From NCBI GenBank assembly GCA_964057225.1, contig OZ059895.1, positions 1,984,001 through 2,048,000 on the forward strand: a DNA stretch of 64,000 bases. The letters run 5' to 3'. The stretch comes from Auanema rhodensis (taxonomy: Eukaryota > Animalia > Nematoda). The notes beneath the pieces were generated by a model, which worked only from the letters and a program-made list of their open reading frames with translations, did no database searches and was not told where the DNA came from. Below are positions 39,101 to 52,652 of this stretch, one piece after another. Position numbers and translations under genes: made by a program. Numbering within the stretch: the first letter of the stretch is position 1; the number at the start of each line of letters is the position of its first letter.

Positions 39101-42100
39101 ATCGTCTTTGCCTTGAAAAATGGAATCTAAAAACATCTACTTTTTGCTAAATTATTTTGAAATTTCTCGAAAAAATTTTTGTCAAAATGTTTTTGGAAGC
39201 AATGTTGAGTGTACATGGAAACTCAACATACACTAATGCATCATTTTTCAAACGATCATAACTAATTTTTGTATTAAGCGTTTCTCAATGTAGTATAGTG
39301 CATTCGATGCGGATTTTTAAGCTGCGTCGTTCTGTGTTATCAGATTTGCGCTAGCTTAAAAATGCACCGAGATATCAACTGATATAAGTTCACACTTATA
39401 TCCTCGATTTTCACCATGAAGAATTAATTTTTTCGTTGAATAACATTGTCCATCGTGTTTGCCTTGAAAAAAGGAATCTAAAAACATCTACTTTTTGCTA
39501 AATTATTTTGAAATTTCTCGAAAAAATTTTTGTCAAAATGTTTTTGGAAGCAATGTTGAGTGTACATGGAAACTCAACATACACTAATGCATCATTTTTC
39601 AAACGATCATAACTAATTTTTGTATTAAGCGTTTCTCAATGTAGTATAGTGCATTCGATGCGGATTTTTAAGCTGCATTGTTCTGTGTTATCAGATTTGC
39701 GCTAGCTTAAAAATGCACCGAGATATCAACTGATATAAGTTCACACTTATATCCTCGATTTTCACCCTGAAGAATTAATTTTTTCGTTGAATAACATTGT
39801 CCATCGTCTTTGCCTTAAAAAATGGAATCTAAAAACATCTACTTTTTGCTAAATTATTTTGAAATTTTTCGAAAAAATTTTTGTCAAAATGTTTTTGGAA
39901 GCAATGTTGAGTGTACATGGAAACTCAACATACACTAATGCATCATTTTTCAAACGATCATAACTAATTTTTGTATTAAGCTTTTCTCAATGTAGTATAG
40001 TGCATTCGATGCGGATTTTTAAGCTGCGTCGATCTGTGTTATCAGATTTGCGCTAGCTTAAAAATGCACCGAGATATCAACTGATATAAGTTCACACTTA
40101 TATCCTCGATTTTCACCCTGAAGAATTAATTTTTTCGTTGAATAACATTGTCCATCGTCTTTGCCTTGAAAAATGGAATCTAAAAACATCTACTTTTTGC
40201 TAAATTATTTTGAAATTTTTCGAAAAAATTTTTGTCAAAATGTTTTTGGAAGCAATGTTGAGTGTACATGGAAACTCAACATACACTAATGCATCATTTT
40301 TCAAACGATCATAACTAATTTTTGTATTAAGCTTTTCTCAATGTAGTATAGTGCATTCGATGCGGATTTTTAAGCTGCGTCGATCTGTGTTATCAGATTT
40401 GCGCTAGCTTAAAAATGCACCGAGATATCAACTGATATAAGTTCACACTTATATCCTCGATTTTCACCCTGAAGAATTAATTTTTTCGTTGAATAACATC
40501 GTCCATCGTCTTTGCCTTGAAAAATGGAATCTAAAAACATCTACTTTTTGCTAAATTATTTTGAAATTTTTCGAAAAAATTTTTGTCAAAATGTTTTTGG
40601 AAGCAATGTTGAGTGTACATGGAAACTCAACATACACTAATGCATCATTTTTCAAACGATTATAACTAATTTTTGTATTAAGCTTTTCTCAATGTAGTAT
40701 AGTGCATTCGATGCGGATTTTTAAGCTGCGTCGATCTGTGTTATCAGATTTGCGCTAGCTTAAAAATGCACCGAGATATCAACTGATATAAGTTCACACT
40801 TATATCCTCGATTTTCACCCTGAAGAATTAATTTTTTCGTTGAATAACATCGTCCATCGTCTTTGCCTTGAAAAATGGAATCTAAAAACATCTACTTTTT
40901 GCTAAATTATTTTGAAATTTTTTGAAAAAATTTTTGTCAAAATGTTTTTGGAAGCAATGTTGAGTGTACATGGAAACTCAACATACACTAATGCATCATT
41001 TTTCAAACGATTATAACTAATTTTTGTATTAAGCTTTTCTCAATGTAGTATAGTGCATTCGATGCGGATTTTTAAGCTGCGTCGATCTGTGTTATCAGAT
41101 TTGCGCTAGCTTAAAAATGCACCGAGATATCAACTGATATAAGTTCACACTTATATCCTCGATTTTCACCCTGAAGAATTAATTTTTTCGTTGAATAACA
41201 TTGTCCATCGTCTTTGCCTTGAAAAATGGAATCTAAAAACATTTACTTTTTGCTAAATTATTTTGAAATTTTTCGAAAAAATTTTTGTCAAAATGTTTTT
41301 GGAAGCAATGTTGAGTGTACATGGAAACTCAACATACACTAATGCATCATTTTTCAAACGATCATAACTAATTTTTGTATTAAGCTTTTCTCAATGTAGT
41401 ATAGTGCATTCGATGCGGATTTTTAAGCTGCGTCGATCTGTGTTATCAGATTTGCGCTAGCTTAAAAATGCACCGAGATATCAACTGATATAAGTTCACA
41501 CTTATATCCTCGATTTTCACCCTGAAGAATTAATTTTTTCGTTGAATAACATTGTCCATCGTCTTTGCCTTAAAAAAATGGAATCTAAAAACATCTACTT
41601 TTTGCTAAATTATTTTGAAATTTTTCGAAAAAATTTTTGTCAAAATGTTTTTGGAAGCAATGTTGAGTGTACATGGAAACTCAACATACACTAATGCATC
41701 ATTTTTCAAACGATCATAACTAATTTTTGTATTAAGCTTTTCTCAATGTAGTATAGTGCATTCGATGCGGATTTTTAAGCTGCGTCGATCTGTGTTATCA
41801 GATTTGCGCTAGCTTAAAAATGCACCGAGATATCAACTGATATAAGTTCACACTTATATCCTCGATTTTCACCCTGAAGAATTAATTTTTTCGTTGAATA
41901 ACATTGTCCATCGTCTTTGCCTTGAAAAATGGAATCTAAAAACATCTACTTTTTGCTAAATTATTTTGAAATTTTTCGAAAAAATTTTTGTCAAAATGTT
42001 TTTGGAAGCAATGTTGAGTGTACATGGAAACTCAACATACACTAATGCATCATTTTTCAAACGATTATAACTAATTTTTGTATTAAGCTTTTCTCAATGT

Positions 42101-43524
42101 AGTATAGTGCATTCGATGCGGATTTTTAAGCTGCGTCGATCTGTGTTATCAGATTTGCGCTAGCTTAAAAATGCACCGAGATATCAACTGATATAAGTTC
42201 ACACTTATATCCTCGATTTTCAACCTGAAGAATTAATTTTTTCGTTGAATAACATTGTCCATCGTCTTTGCCTTGAAAAATGGAATCTAAAAACATCTAC
42301 TTTTTGCTAAATTATTTTGAAATTTTTCGAAAAAATTTTTGTCAAAATGTTTTTGGAAGCAATGTTGAGTGTACATGGAAACTCAACATACACTAATGCA
42401 TCATTTTTCAAACGATCATAACTAATTTTTGTATTAAGCTTTTCTCAATGTAGTATAGTGCATTCGATGCGGATTTTTAAGCTGCGTCGATCTGTGTTAT
42501 CAGATTTGCGCTAGCTTAAAAATGCACCGAGATATCAACTGATATAAGTTCACACTTATATCCTCGATTTTCACCCTGAAGAATTAATTTTTTCGTTGAA
42601 TAACATTGTCCATCGTCTTTGCCTTGAAAAATGGAATCTAAAAACATCTACTTTTTGCTAAATTATTTTGAAATTTTTCGAAAAAATTTTTGTCAAAATG
42701 TTTTTGGAAGCAATGTTGAGTGTACATGGAAACTCAACATACACTAATGCATCATTTTTTAAACGATCATAACTAATTTTTGTATTGAGCTTTTCTCAGT
42801 GTAGTATAGTGCATTCGATGCGGATTTTTAAGCTGCGTCGATCTGTGTTATCAGATTTGCGCTAGCTTAAAAATGCACCGAGATATCAACTGATATAAGT
42901 TTACACTTATATCCTCGATTTTCACCCTGAAGAATTAATTTTTTCGTTGAATAACATCGTCCATCGTCTTTGCCTTGAAAAATGAAATCTAAAAACATCT
43001 ACTTTTTGCTAAATTATTTTGAAATTTTTCGAAAAAATTTTTGTCAAAATGTTTTTGGAAGCAATGTTGAGTGTACGTGGAAACTCAACATACACTAATG
43101 CATCATTTTTCAAACGATCATAACTAATTTTTGTATTAAGCTTTTCTCAATGTAGTATAGTGCATTCGATGCGGATTTTTAAGCTGCGTCGATCTGTGTT
43201 ATCAGATTTGCGCTAGCTTAAAAATGCACCGAGATATCAACTGATATAAGTTCACACTTATATCCTCGATTTTCACCCTGAAGAATTAATTTTTTCGTTG
43301 AATAACATCGTCCATCGTCTTTGCCTTGAAAAATGAAATCTAAAAACATCTACTTTTTGCTAAATTATTTTGAAATTTTTCGAAAAAATTTTTGTCAAAA
43401 TGTTTTTGGAAGCAATGTTGAGTGTACATGGAAACTCAACATACACTAATGCATCATTTTTCAAACGATTATAACTAATTTTTGTATTAAGCTTTTCTCA
43501 ATGTAGTATAGTGCATTCGATGCG

Positions 43525-46500
43525 GATTTTTAAGCTGCGTCGATCTGTGTTATCAGATTTGCGCTAGCTTAAAAATGCACCGAGATATCAACTGATATAA
43601 GTTCACACTTATATCCTCGATTTTCACCCTGAAGAATTAATTTTTTCGTTGAATAACATCGTCCATCGTCTTTGCCTTGAAAAATGGAATCTAAAAACAT
43701 CTACTTTTCGCTAAATTATTTTGAAATTTTTCGAAAAAATTTTTGTCAAAATGTTTTTGGAAGCAATGTTGAGTGTACGTGGAAACTCAACATACACTAA
43801 TGCATCATTTTTCAAACAATCATAACTAATTTTTGTATTAAGCTTTTCTCAATGTAGTATAGTGCATTCGATGCGGATTTTTAAGCTGCGTCGATCTGTG
43901 TTATCAGATTTGCGCTAGCTTAAAAATGCACCGAGATATCAACTGATATAAGTTCACACTTATATCCTCGATTTTCACCCTGAAGAATTAATTTTTTCGT
44001 TGAATAACATCGTCCATCGTCTTTGCCTTGAAAAATGAAATCTAAAAACATCTACTTTTTGCTAAATTATTTTGAAATTTTTCGAAAAAATTTTTGTCAA
44101 AATGTTTTTGGAAGCAATGTTGAGTGTACATGGAAACTCAACATACACTAATGCATCATTTTTCAAACGATTATAACTAATTTTTGTATTAAGCTTTTCT
44201 CAATGTAGTATAGTGCATTCGATGCGGATTTTTAAGCTGCGTCGATCTGTGTTATCAGATTTGCGCTAGCTTAAAAATGCACCGAGATATCAACTGATAT
44301 AAGTTCACACTTATATCCTCGATTTTCACCCTGAAGAATTAATTTTTTCGTTGAATAACATCGTCCATCGTCTTTGCCTTGAAAAATGAAATCTAAAAAC
44401 ATCTACTTTTTGCTAAATTATTTTGAAATTTTTCGAAAAAATTTTTGTCAAAATGTTTTTGGAAGCAATGTTGAGTGTACATGGAAACTCAACATACACT
44501 AATGCATCATTTTTCAAACGATTATAACTAATTTTTGTATTAAGCTTTTCTCAATGTAGTATAGTGCATTCGATGCGGATTTTTAAGCTGCGTCGATCTG
44601 TGTTATCAGATTTGCGCTAGCTTAAAAATGCACCGAGATATCAACTGATATAAGTTCACACTTATATCCTCGATTTTCACCCTGAAGAATTAATTTTTTC
44701 GTTGAATAACATCGTCCATCGTCTTTGCCTTGAAAAATGAAATCTAAAAACATCTACTTTTTGCTAAATTATTTTGAAATTTTTCGAAAAAATTTTTGTC
44801 AAAATGTTTTTGGAAGCAATGTTGAGTGTACATGGAAACTCAACATACACTAATGCATCATTTTTCAAACGATTATAACTAATTTTTGTATTAAGCTTTT
44901 CTCAATGTAGTATAGTGCATTCGATGCGGATTTTTAAGCTGCGTCGATCTGTGTTATCAGATTTGCGCTAGCTTAAAAATGCACCGAGATATCAACTGAT
45001 ATAAGTTCACACTTATATCCTCGATTTTCACCCTGAAGAATTAATTTTTTCGTTGAATAACATCGTCCATCGTCTTTGCCTTGAAAAATGAAATCTAAAA
45101 ACATCTACTTTTTGCTAAATTATTTTGAAATTTTTCGAAAAAATTTTTGTCAAAATGTTTTTGGAAGCAATGTTGAGTGTACATGGAAACTCAACATACA
45201 CTAATGCATCATTTTTCAAACGATTATAACTAATTTTTGTATTAAGCTTTTCTCAATGTAGTATAGTGCATTCGATGCGGATTTTTAAGCTGCGTCGATC
45301 TGTGTTATCAGATTTGCGCTAGCTTAAAAATGCACCGAGATATCAACTGATATAAGTTCACACTTATATCCTCGATTTTCACCCTGAAGAATTAATTTTT
45401 TCGTTGAATAACATCGTCCATCGTCTTTGCCTTGAAAAATGGAATCTAAAAACATCTACTTTTCGCTAAATTATCTTGAAATTTTTCGAAAAAATTTTTG
45501 TCAAAATGTTTTTGGAAGCAATGTTGAGTGTACATGGAAACTCAACATACACTAATGCATCATTTTTCAAACGATTATAACTAATTTTTGTATTAAGCTT
45601 TTCTCAATGTAATATAGTGCATTCGATGCGGATTTTTAAGCTGCGTCGATCTGTGTTATCAGATTTGCGCTAGCTTAAAAATGCACCGAGATATCAACTG
45701 ATATAAGTTCACACTTATATCCTCGATTTTCACCCTGAAGAATTAATTTTTTCGTTGAATAACATCGTCCATCGTCTTTGCCTTGAAAAATGAAATCTGA
45801 AAACATCTACTTTTTGCTAAATTATTTTGAAATTTTTCGAAAAAATTTTTGTCAAAATGTTTTTGGAAGCAATGTTGAGTGTACGTGGAAACTCAACATA
45901 CACTAATGCATCATTTTTCAAACGATCATAACTAATTTTTGTATTAAGCTTTTCTCAATGTAGTATAGTGCATTCGATGCGGATTTTTAAGCTGCGTCGA
46001 TCTGTGTTATCAGATTTGCGCTAGCTTAAAAATGCACCGAGATATCAACTGATATAAGTTCACACTTATATCCTCGATTTTCACCCTGAAGAATTAATTT
46101 TTTCGTTGAATAACATCGTCCATCGTCTTTGCCTTGAAAAATGGAATCTAAAAACATCTACTTTTCGCTAAATTATTTTGAAATTTTTCGAAAAAATTTT
46201 TGTCAAAATGTTTTTGGAAGCAATGTTGAGTGTACGTGGAAACTCAACATACACTAATGCATCATTTTTCAAACAATCATAACTAATTTTTGTATTAAGC
46301 TTTTCTCAATGTAGTATAGTGCATTCGATGCGGATTTTTAAGCTGCGTCGATCTGTGTTATCAGATTTGCGCTAGCTTAAAAATGCACCGAGATATCAAC
46401 TGATATAAGTTCACACTTATATCCTCGATTTTCACCCTGAAGAATTAATTTTTTCGTTGAATAACATCGTCCATCGTCTTTGCCTTGAAAAATGAAATCT

Positions 46501-47736
46501 AAAAACATCTACTTTTTGCTAAATTATTTTGAAATTTTTCGAAAAAATTTTTGTCAAAATGTTTTTGGAAGCAATGTTGAGTGTACATGGAAACTCAACA
46601 TACACTAATGCATCATTTTTCAAACGATTATAACTAATTTTTGTATTAAGCTTTTCTCAATGTAGTATAGTGCATTCGATGCGGATTTTTAAGCTGCGTC
46701 GATCTGTGTTATCAGATTTGCGCTAGCTTAAAAATGCACCGAGATATCAACTGATATAAGTTCACACTTATATCCTCGATTTTCACCCTGAAGAATTAAT
46801 TTTTTCGTTGAATAACATCGTCCATCGTCTTTGCCTTGAAAAATGAAATCTAAAAACATCTACTTTTTGCTAAATTATTTTGAAATTTTTCGAAAAAATT
46901 TTTGTCAAAATGTTTTTGGAAGCAATGTTGAGTGTACATGGAAACTCAACATACACTAATGCATCATTTTTCAAACGATTATAACTAATTTTTGTATTAA
47001 GCTTTTCTCAATGTAGTATAGTGCATTCGATGCGGATTTTTAAGCTGCGTCGATCTGTGTTATCAGATTTGCGCTAGCTTAAAAATGCACCGAGATATCA
47101 ACTGATATAAGTTCACACTTATATCCTCGATTTTCACCCTGAAGAATTAATTTTTTCGTTGAATAACATCGTCCATCGTCTTTGCCTTGAAAAATGGAAT
47201 CTAAAAACATCTACTTTTCGCTAAATTATCTTGAAATTTTTCGAAAAAATTTTTGTCAAAATGTTTTTGGAAGCAATGTTGAGTGTACATGGAAACTCAA
47301 CATACACTAATGCATCATTTTTCAAACGATTATAACTAATTTTTGTATTAAGCTTTTCTCAATGTAATATAGTGCATTCGATGCGGATTTTTAAGCTGCG
47401 TCGATCTGTGTTATCAGATTTGCGCTAGCTTAAAAATGCACCGAGATATCAACTGATATAAGTTCACACTTATATCCTCGATTTTCACCCTGAAGAATTA
47501 ATTTTTTCGTTGAATAACATCGTCCATCGTCTTTGCCTTGAAAAATGAAATCTGAAAACATCTACTTTTTGCTAAATTATTTTGAAATTTTTCGAAAAAA
47601 TTTTTGTCAAAATGTTTTTGGAAGCAATGTTGAGTGTACGTGGAAACTCAACATACACTAATGCATCATTTTTCAAACGATCATAACTAATTTTTGTATT
47701 AAGCTTTTCTCAATGTAGTATAGTGCATTCGATGCG
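43525..47736. repeat. Higher-order repeat A-B4-C-D / A-B2-C-D (7-mer + 5-mer)
   Basis: A (m185C, m255G, m294A) starts at 43525 and 45982. C (m196C, m333A) starts at 45280 and 47035. D (m169G) starts at 45631 and 47386. B (m163A, m297T) occurs x4, then x2. Confidence 0.85.
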
Positions 47737-50700
47737 GATTTTTAAGCTGCGTCGATCTGTGTTATCAGATTTGCGCTAGCTTAAAAATGCACCGAGATAT
47801 CAACTGATATAAGTTCACACTTATATCCTCGATTTTCACCCTGAAGAATTAATTTTTTCGTTGAATAACATCGTCCATCGTCTTTGCCTTGAAAAATGGA
47901 ATCTAAAAACATCTACTTTTCGCTAAATTATTTTGAAATTTTTCGAAAAAATTTTTGTCAAAATGTTTTTGGAAGCAATGTTGAGTGTACATGGAAACTC
48001 AACATACACTAATGCATCATTTTTCAAACGATTATAACTAATTTTTGTATTAAGCTTTTCTCAATGTAGTATAGTGCATTCGATGCGGATTTTTAAGCTG
48101 CGTCGATCTGTGTTATCAGATTTGCGCTAGCTTAAAAATGCACCGAGATATCAACTGATATAAGTTCACACTTATATCCTCGATTTTCACCCTGAAGAAT
48201 TAATTTTTTCGTTGAATAACATTGTCCATCGTCTTTGCCTTGAAAAATGGAATCTAAAAACATCTACTTTTTGCTAAATTATTTTGAAATTTTTCGAAAA
48301 AATTTTTGTCAAAATGTTTTTGGAAGCAATGTTGAGTGTACATGGAAACTCAACATACACTAATGCATCATTTTTCAAACGATCATAACTAATTTTTGTA
48401 TTAAGCTTTTCTCAATGTAGTATAGTGCATTCGATGCGGATTTTTAAGCTGCGTCGATCTGTGTTATCAGATTTGCGCTAGCTTAAAAATGCACCGAGAT
48501 ATCAACTGATATAAGTTTACACTTATATCCTCGATTTTCACCCTGAAGAATTAATTTTTTCGTTGAATAACATCGTCCATCGTTTTTGCCTTGAAAAATG
48601 AAATCTAAAAACATCTACTTTTTGCTAAATTATTTTGAAATTTCTCGAAAAAATTTTTGTCAAAATGTTTTTGGAAGCAATGTTGAGTGTACGTGGAAAC
48701 TCAACATACACTAATGCATCATTTTTCAAACGATCATAACTAATTTTTGTATTAAGCTTTTCTCAATGTAGTATAGTGCATTCGATGCGGATTTTTAAGC
48801 TGCGTCGATCTGTGTTATCAGATTTGCGCTAGCTTAAAAATGCACCGAGATATCAACTGATATAAGTTCACACTTATATCCTCGATTTTCACCCTGAAGA
48901 ATTAATTTTTTCGTTGAATAACATTGTCCATCGTCTTTGCCTTGAAAAATGGAATCTAAAAACATCTACTTTTTGCTAAATTATTTTGAAATTTTTTGAA
49001 AAAATTTTTGTCAAAATGTTTTTGGAAGCAATGTTGAGTGTACATGGAAACTCAACATACACTAATGCATCATTTTTCAAACGATCATAACTAATTTTTG
49101 TACTAAGCTTTTCTCAGTGTAGTATAGTGCATTCGATGCGGATTTTTAAGCTGCGTCGATCTGTGTTATCAGATTTGCGCTAGCTTAACAATGCACCGAG
49201 ATATCAACTGATATAAGTTCACACTTATATCCTCGATTTTCACCCTGAAGAATTAATTTTTTCGTTGAATAACATTGTCCATCGTCTTTGCCTTGAAAAA
49301 TGGAATCTAAAAACATCTACTTTTTGCTAAATTATTTTGAAATTTTTCGAAAAAATTTTTGTCAAAATGTTTTTGGAAGCAATGTTGAGTGTACATGGAA
49401 ACTCAACATACACTAATGCATCATTTTTCAAACGATCATAACTAATTTTTGTATTAAGCTTTTCTCAATGTAGTATAGTGCATTCGATGCGGATTTTTAA
49501 GCTGCGTCGATCTGTGTTATCAGATTTGCGCTAGCTTAAAAATGCACCGAGATATCAACTGATATAAGTTCACACTTATATCCTCGATTTTCACCCTGAA
49601 GAATTAATTTTTTCGTTGAATAACATTGTCCATCGTCTTTGCCTTAAAATAATGGAATCTAAAAACATCTACTTTTTGCTAAATTATTTTGAAATTTTTC
49701 GAAAAAATTTTTGTCAAAATGTTTTTGGAAGCAATGTTGAGTGTACATGGAAACTCAACATACACTAATGCATCATTTTTCAAACGATCATAACTAATTT
49801 TTGTATTAAGCTTTTCTCAATGTAGTATAGTGCATTCGATGCGGATTTTTAAGCTGCGTCGATCTGTGTTATCAGATTTGCGCTAGCTTAAAAATGCACC
49901 GAGATATCAACTGATATAAGTTCACACTTATATCCTCGATTTTCACCCTGAAGAATTAATTTTTTCGTTGAATAACATCGTCCATCGTCTTTGCCTTGAA
50001 AAATGGAATCTAAAAACATCTACTTTTCGCTAAATTATTTTGAAATTTTTCGAAAAAATTTTTGTCAAAATGTTTTTGGAAGCAATGTTGAGTGTACATG
50101 GAAACTCAACATACACTAATGCATCATTTTTCAAACGATTATAACTAATTTTTGTATTAAGCTTTTCTCAATGTAGTATAGTGCATTCGATGCGGATTTT
50201 TAAGCTGCGTCGATCTGTGTTATCAGATTTGCGCTAGCTTAAAAATGCACCGAGATATCAACTGATATAAGTTCACACTTATATCCTCGATTTTCACCCT
50301 GAAGAATTAATTTTTTCGTTGAATAACATTGTCCATCGTCTTTGCCTTGAAAAATGGAATCTAAAAACATCTACTTTTTGCTAAATTATTTTGAAATTTT
50401 TCGAAAAAATTTTTGTCAAAATGTTTTTGGAAGCAATGTTGAGTGTACATGGAAACTCAACATACACTAATGCATCATTTTTCAAACGATCATAACTAAT
50501 TTTTGTATTAAGCTTTTCTCAATGTAGTATAGTGCATTCGATGCGGATTTTTAAGCTGCGTCGATCTGTGTTATCAGATTTGCGCTAGCTTAAAAATGCA
50601 CCGAGATATCAACTGATATAAGTTTACACTTATATCCTCGATTTTCACCCTGAACAATTAATTTTTTCGTTGAATAACATCGTCCATCGTCTTTGCCTTG

Positions 50701-52301
50701 AAAAATGAAATCTAAAAACATCTACTTTTTGCTAAATTATTTTGAAATTTTTCGAAAAAATTTTTGTCAAAATGTTTTTGGAAGCAATGTTGAGTGTACG
50801 TGGAAACTCAACATACACTAATGCATCATTTTTCAAACGATCATAACTAATTTTTGTATTAAGCTTTTCTCAATGTAGTATAGTGCATTCGATGCGGATT
50901 TTTAAGCTGCGTCGATCTGTGTTATCAGATTTGCGCTAGCTTAAAAATGCACCGAGATATCAACTGATATAAGTTCACACTTATATCCTCGATTTTCACC
51001 CTGAAGAATTAATTTTTTCGTTGAATAACATTGTCCATCGTCTTTGCCTTGAAAAATGGAATCTAAAAACATCTACTTTTTGCTAAATTATTTTGAAATT
51101 TTTCGAAAAAATTTTTGTCAAAATGTTTTTGGAAGCAATGTTGAGTGTACGTGGAAACTCAACATACACTAATGCATCATTTTTCAAACGATCATAACTA
51201 ATTTTTGTATTAAGCTTTTCTCAATGTAGTATAGTGCATTCGATGCGGATTTTTAAGCTGCGTCGATCTGTGTTATCAGATTTGCGCTAGCTTAAAAATG
51301 CACCGAGATATCAACTGATATAAGTTCACACTTATATCCTCGATTTTCACCCTGAAGAATTAATTTTTTCGTTGAATAACATTGTCCATCGTCTTTGCCT
51401 TGAAAAATGGAATCTAAAAACATCTACTTTTTGCTAAATTATTTTGAAATTTTTTGAAAAAATTTTTGTCAAAATGTTTTTGGAAGCAATGTTGAGTGTA
51501 CATGGAAACTCAACATACACTAATGCATCATTTTTCAAACGATCATAACTAATTTTTGTATTAAGCTTTTCTCAGTGTAGTATAGTGCATTCGATGCGGA
51601 TTTTTAAGCTGCGTCGATCTGTGTTATCAGATTTGCGCTAGCTTAACAATGCACCGAGATATCAACTGATATAAGTTCACACTTATATCCTCGATTTTCA
51701 CCCTGAAGAATTAATTTTTTCGTTGAATAACATTGTCCATCGTCTTTGCCTTGAAAAATGGAATCTAAAAACATCTACTTTTTGCTAAATTATTTTGAAA
51801 TTTTTCGAAAAAATTTTTGTCAAAATGTTTTTGGAAGCAATGTTGAGTGTACATGGAAACTCAACATACACTAATGCATCATTTTTCAAACGATCATAAC
51901 TAATTTTTGTATTAAGCTTTTCTCAATGTAGTATAGTGCATTCGATGCGGATTTTTAAGCTGCGTCGATCTGTGTTATCAGATTTGCGCTAGCTTAAAAA
52001 TGCACCGAGATATCAACTGATATAAGTTCACACTTATATCCTCGATTTTCACCCTGAAGAATTAATTTTTTCGTTGAATAACATTGTCCATCGTCTTTGC
52101 CTTAAAAAAATGGAATCTAAAAACATCTACTTTTTGCTAAATTATTTTGAAATTTTTCGAAAAAATTTTTGTCAAAATGTTTTTGGAAGCAATGTTGAGT
52201 GTACATGGAAACTCAACATACACTAATGCATCATTTTTCAAACGATCATAACTAATTTTTGTATTAAGCTTTTCTCAATGTAGTATAGTGCATTCGATGC
52301 G
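47737..52301. repeat. Higher-order repeat, 6-mer followed by a related 7-mer
   Basis: The same monomer order occurs twice: [185C,297T],[plain],[80T,163A,255G],[208T,328G],[49C],[155A+insertion]. The second copy (from 49844) has one extra monomer at 50897. Confidence 0.8.
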
Positions 52302-52652
52302 GATTTTTAAGCTGCGTCGATCTGTGTTATCAGATTTGCGCTAGCTTAAAAATGCACCGAGATATCAACTGATATAAGTTCACACTTATATCCTCGATTT
52401 TCACCCTGAAGAATTAATTTTTTCGTTGAATAACATTGTCCATCGTCTTTGCCTTGAAAAATGAAATCTAAAAACATCTACTTTTTGCTAAATTATTTTG
52501 AAATTTTTCGAAAAAATTTTTGTCAAAATGTTTTTGGAAGCAATGTTGAGTGTACATGGAAACTCAACATACACTAATGCATCATTTTTCAAACGATTAT
52601 AACTAATTTTTGTATTAAGCTTTTCTCAATGTAGTATAGTGCATTCGATGCG

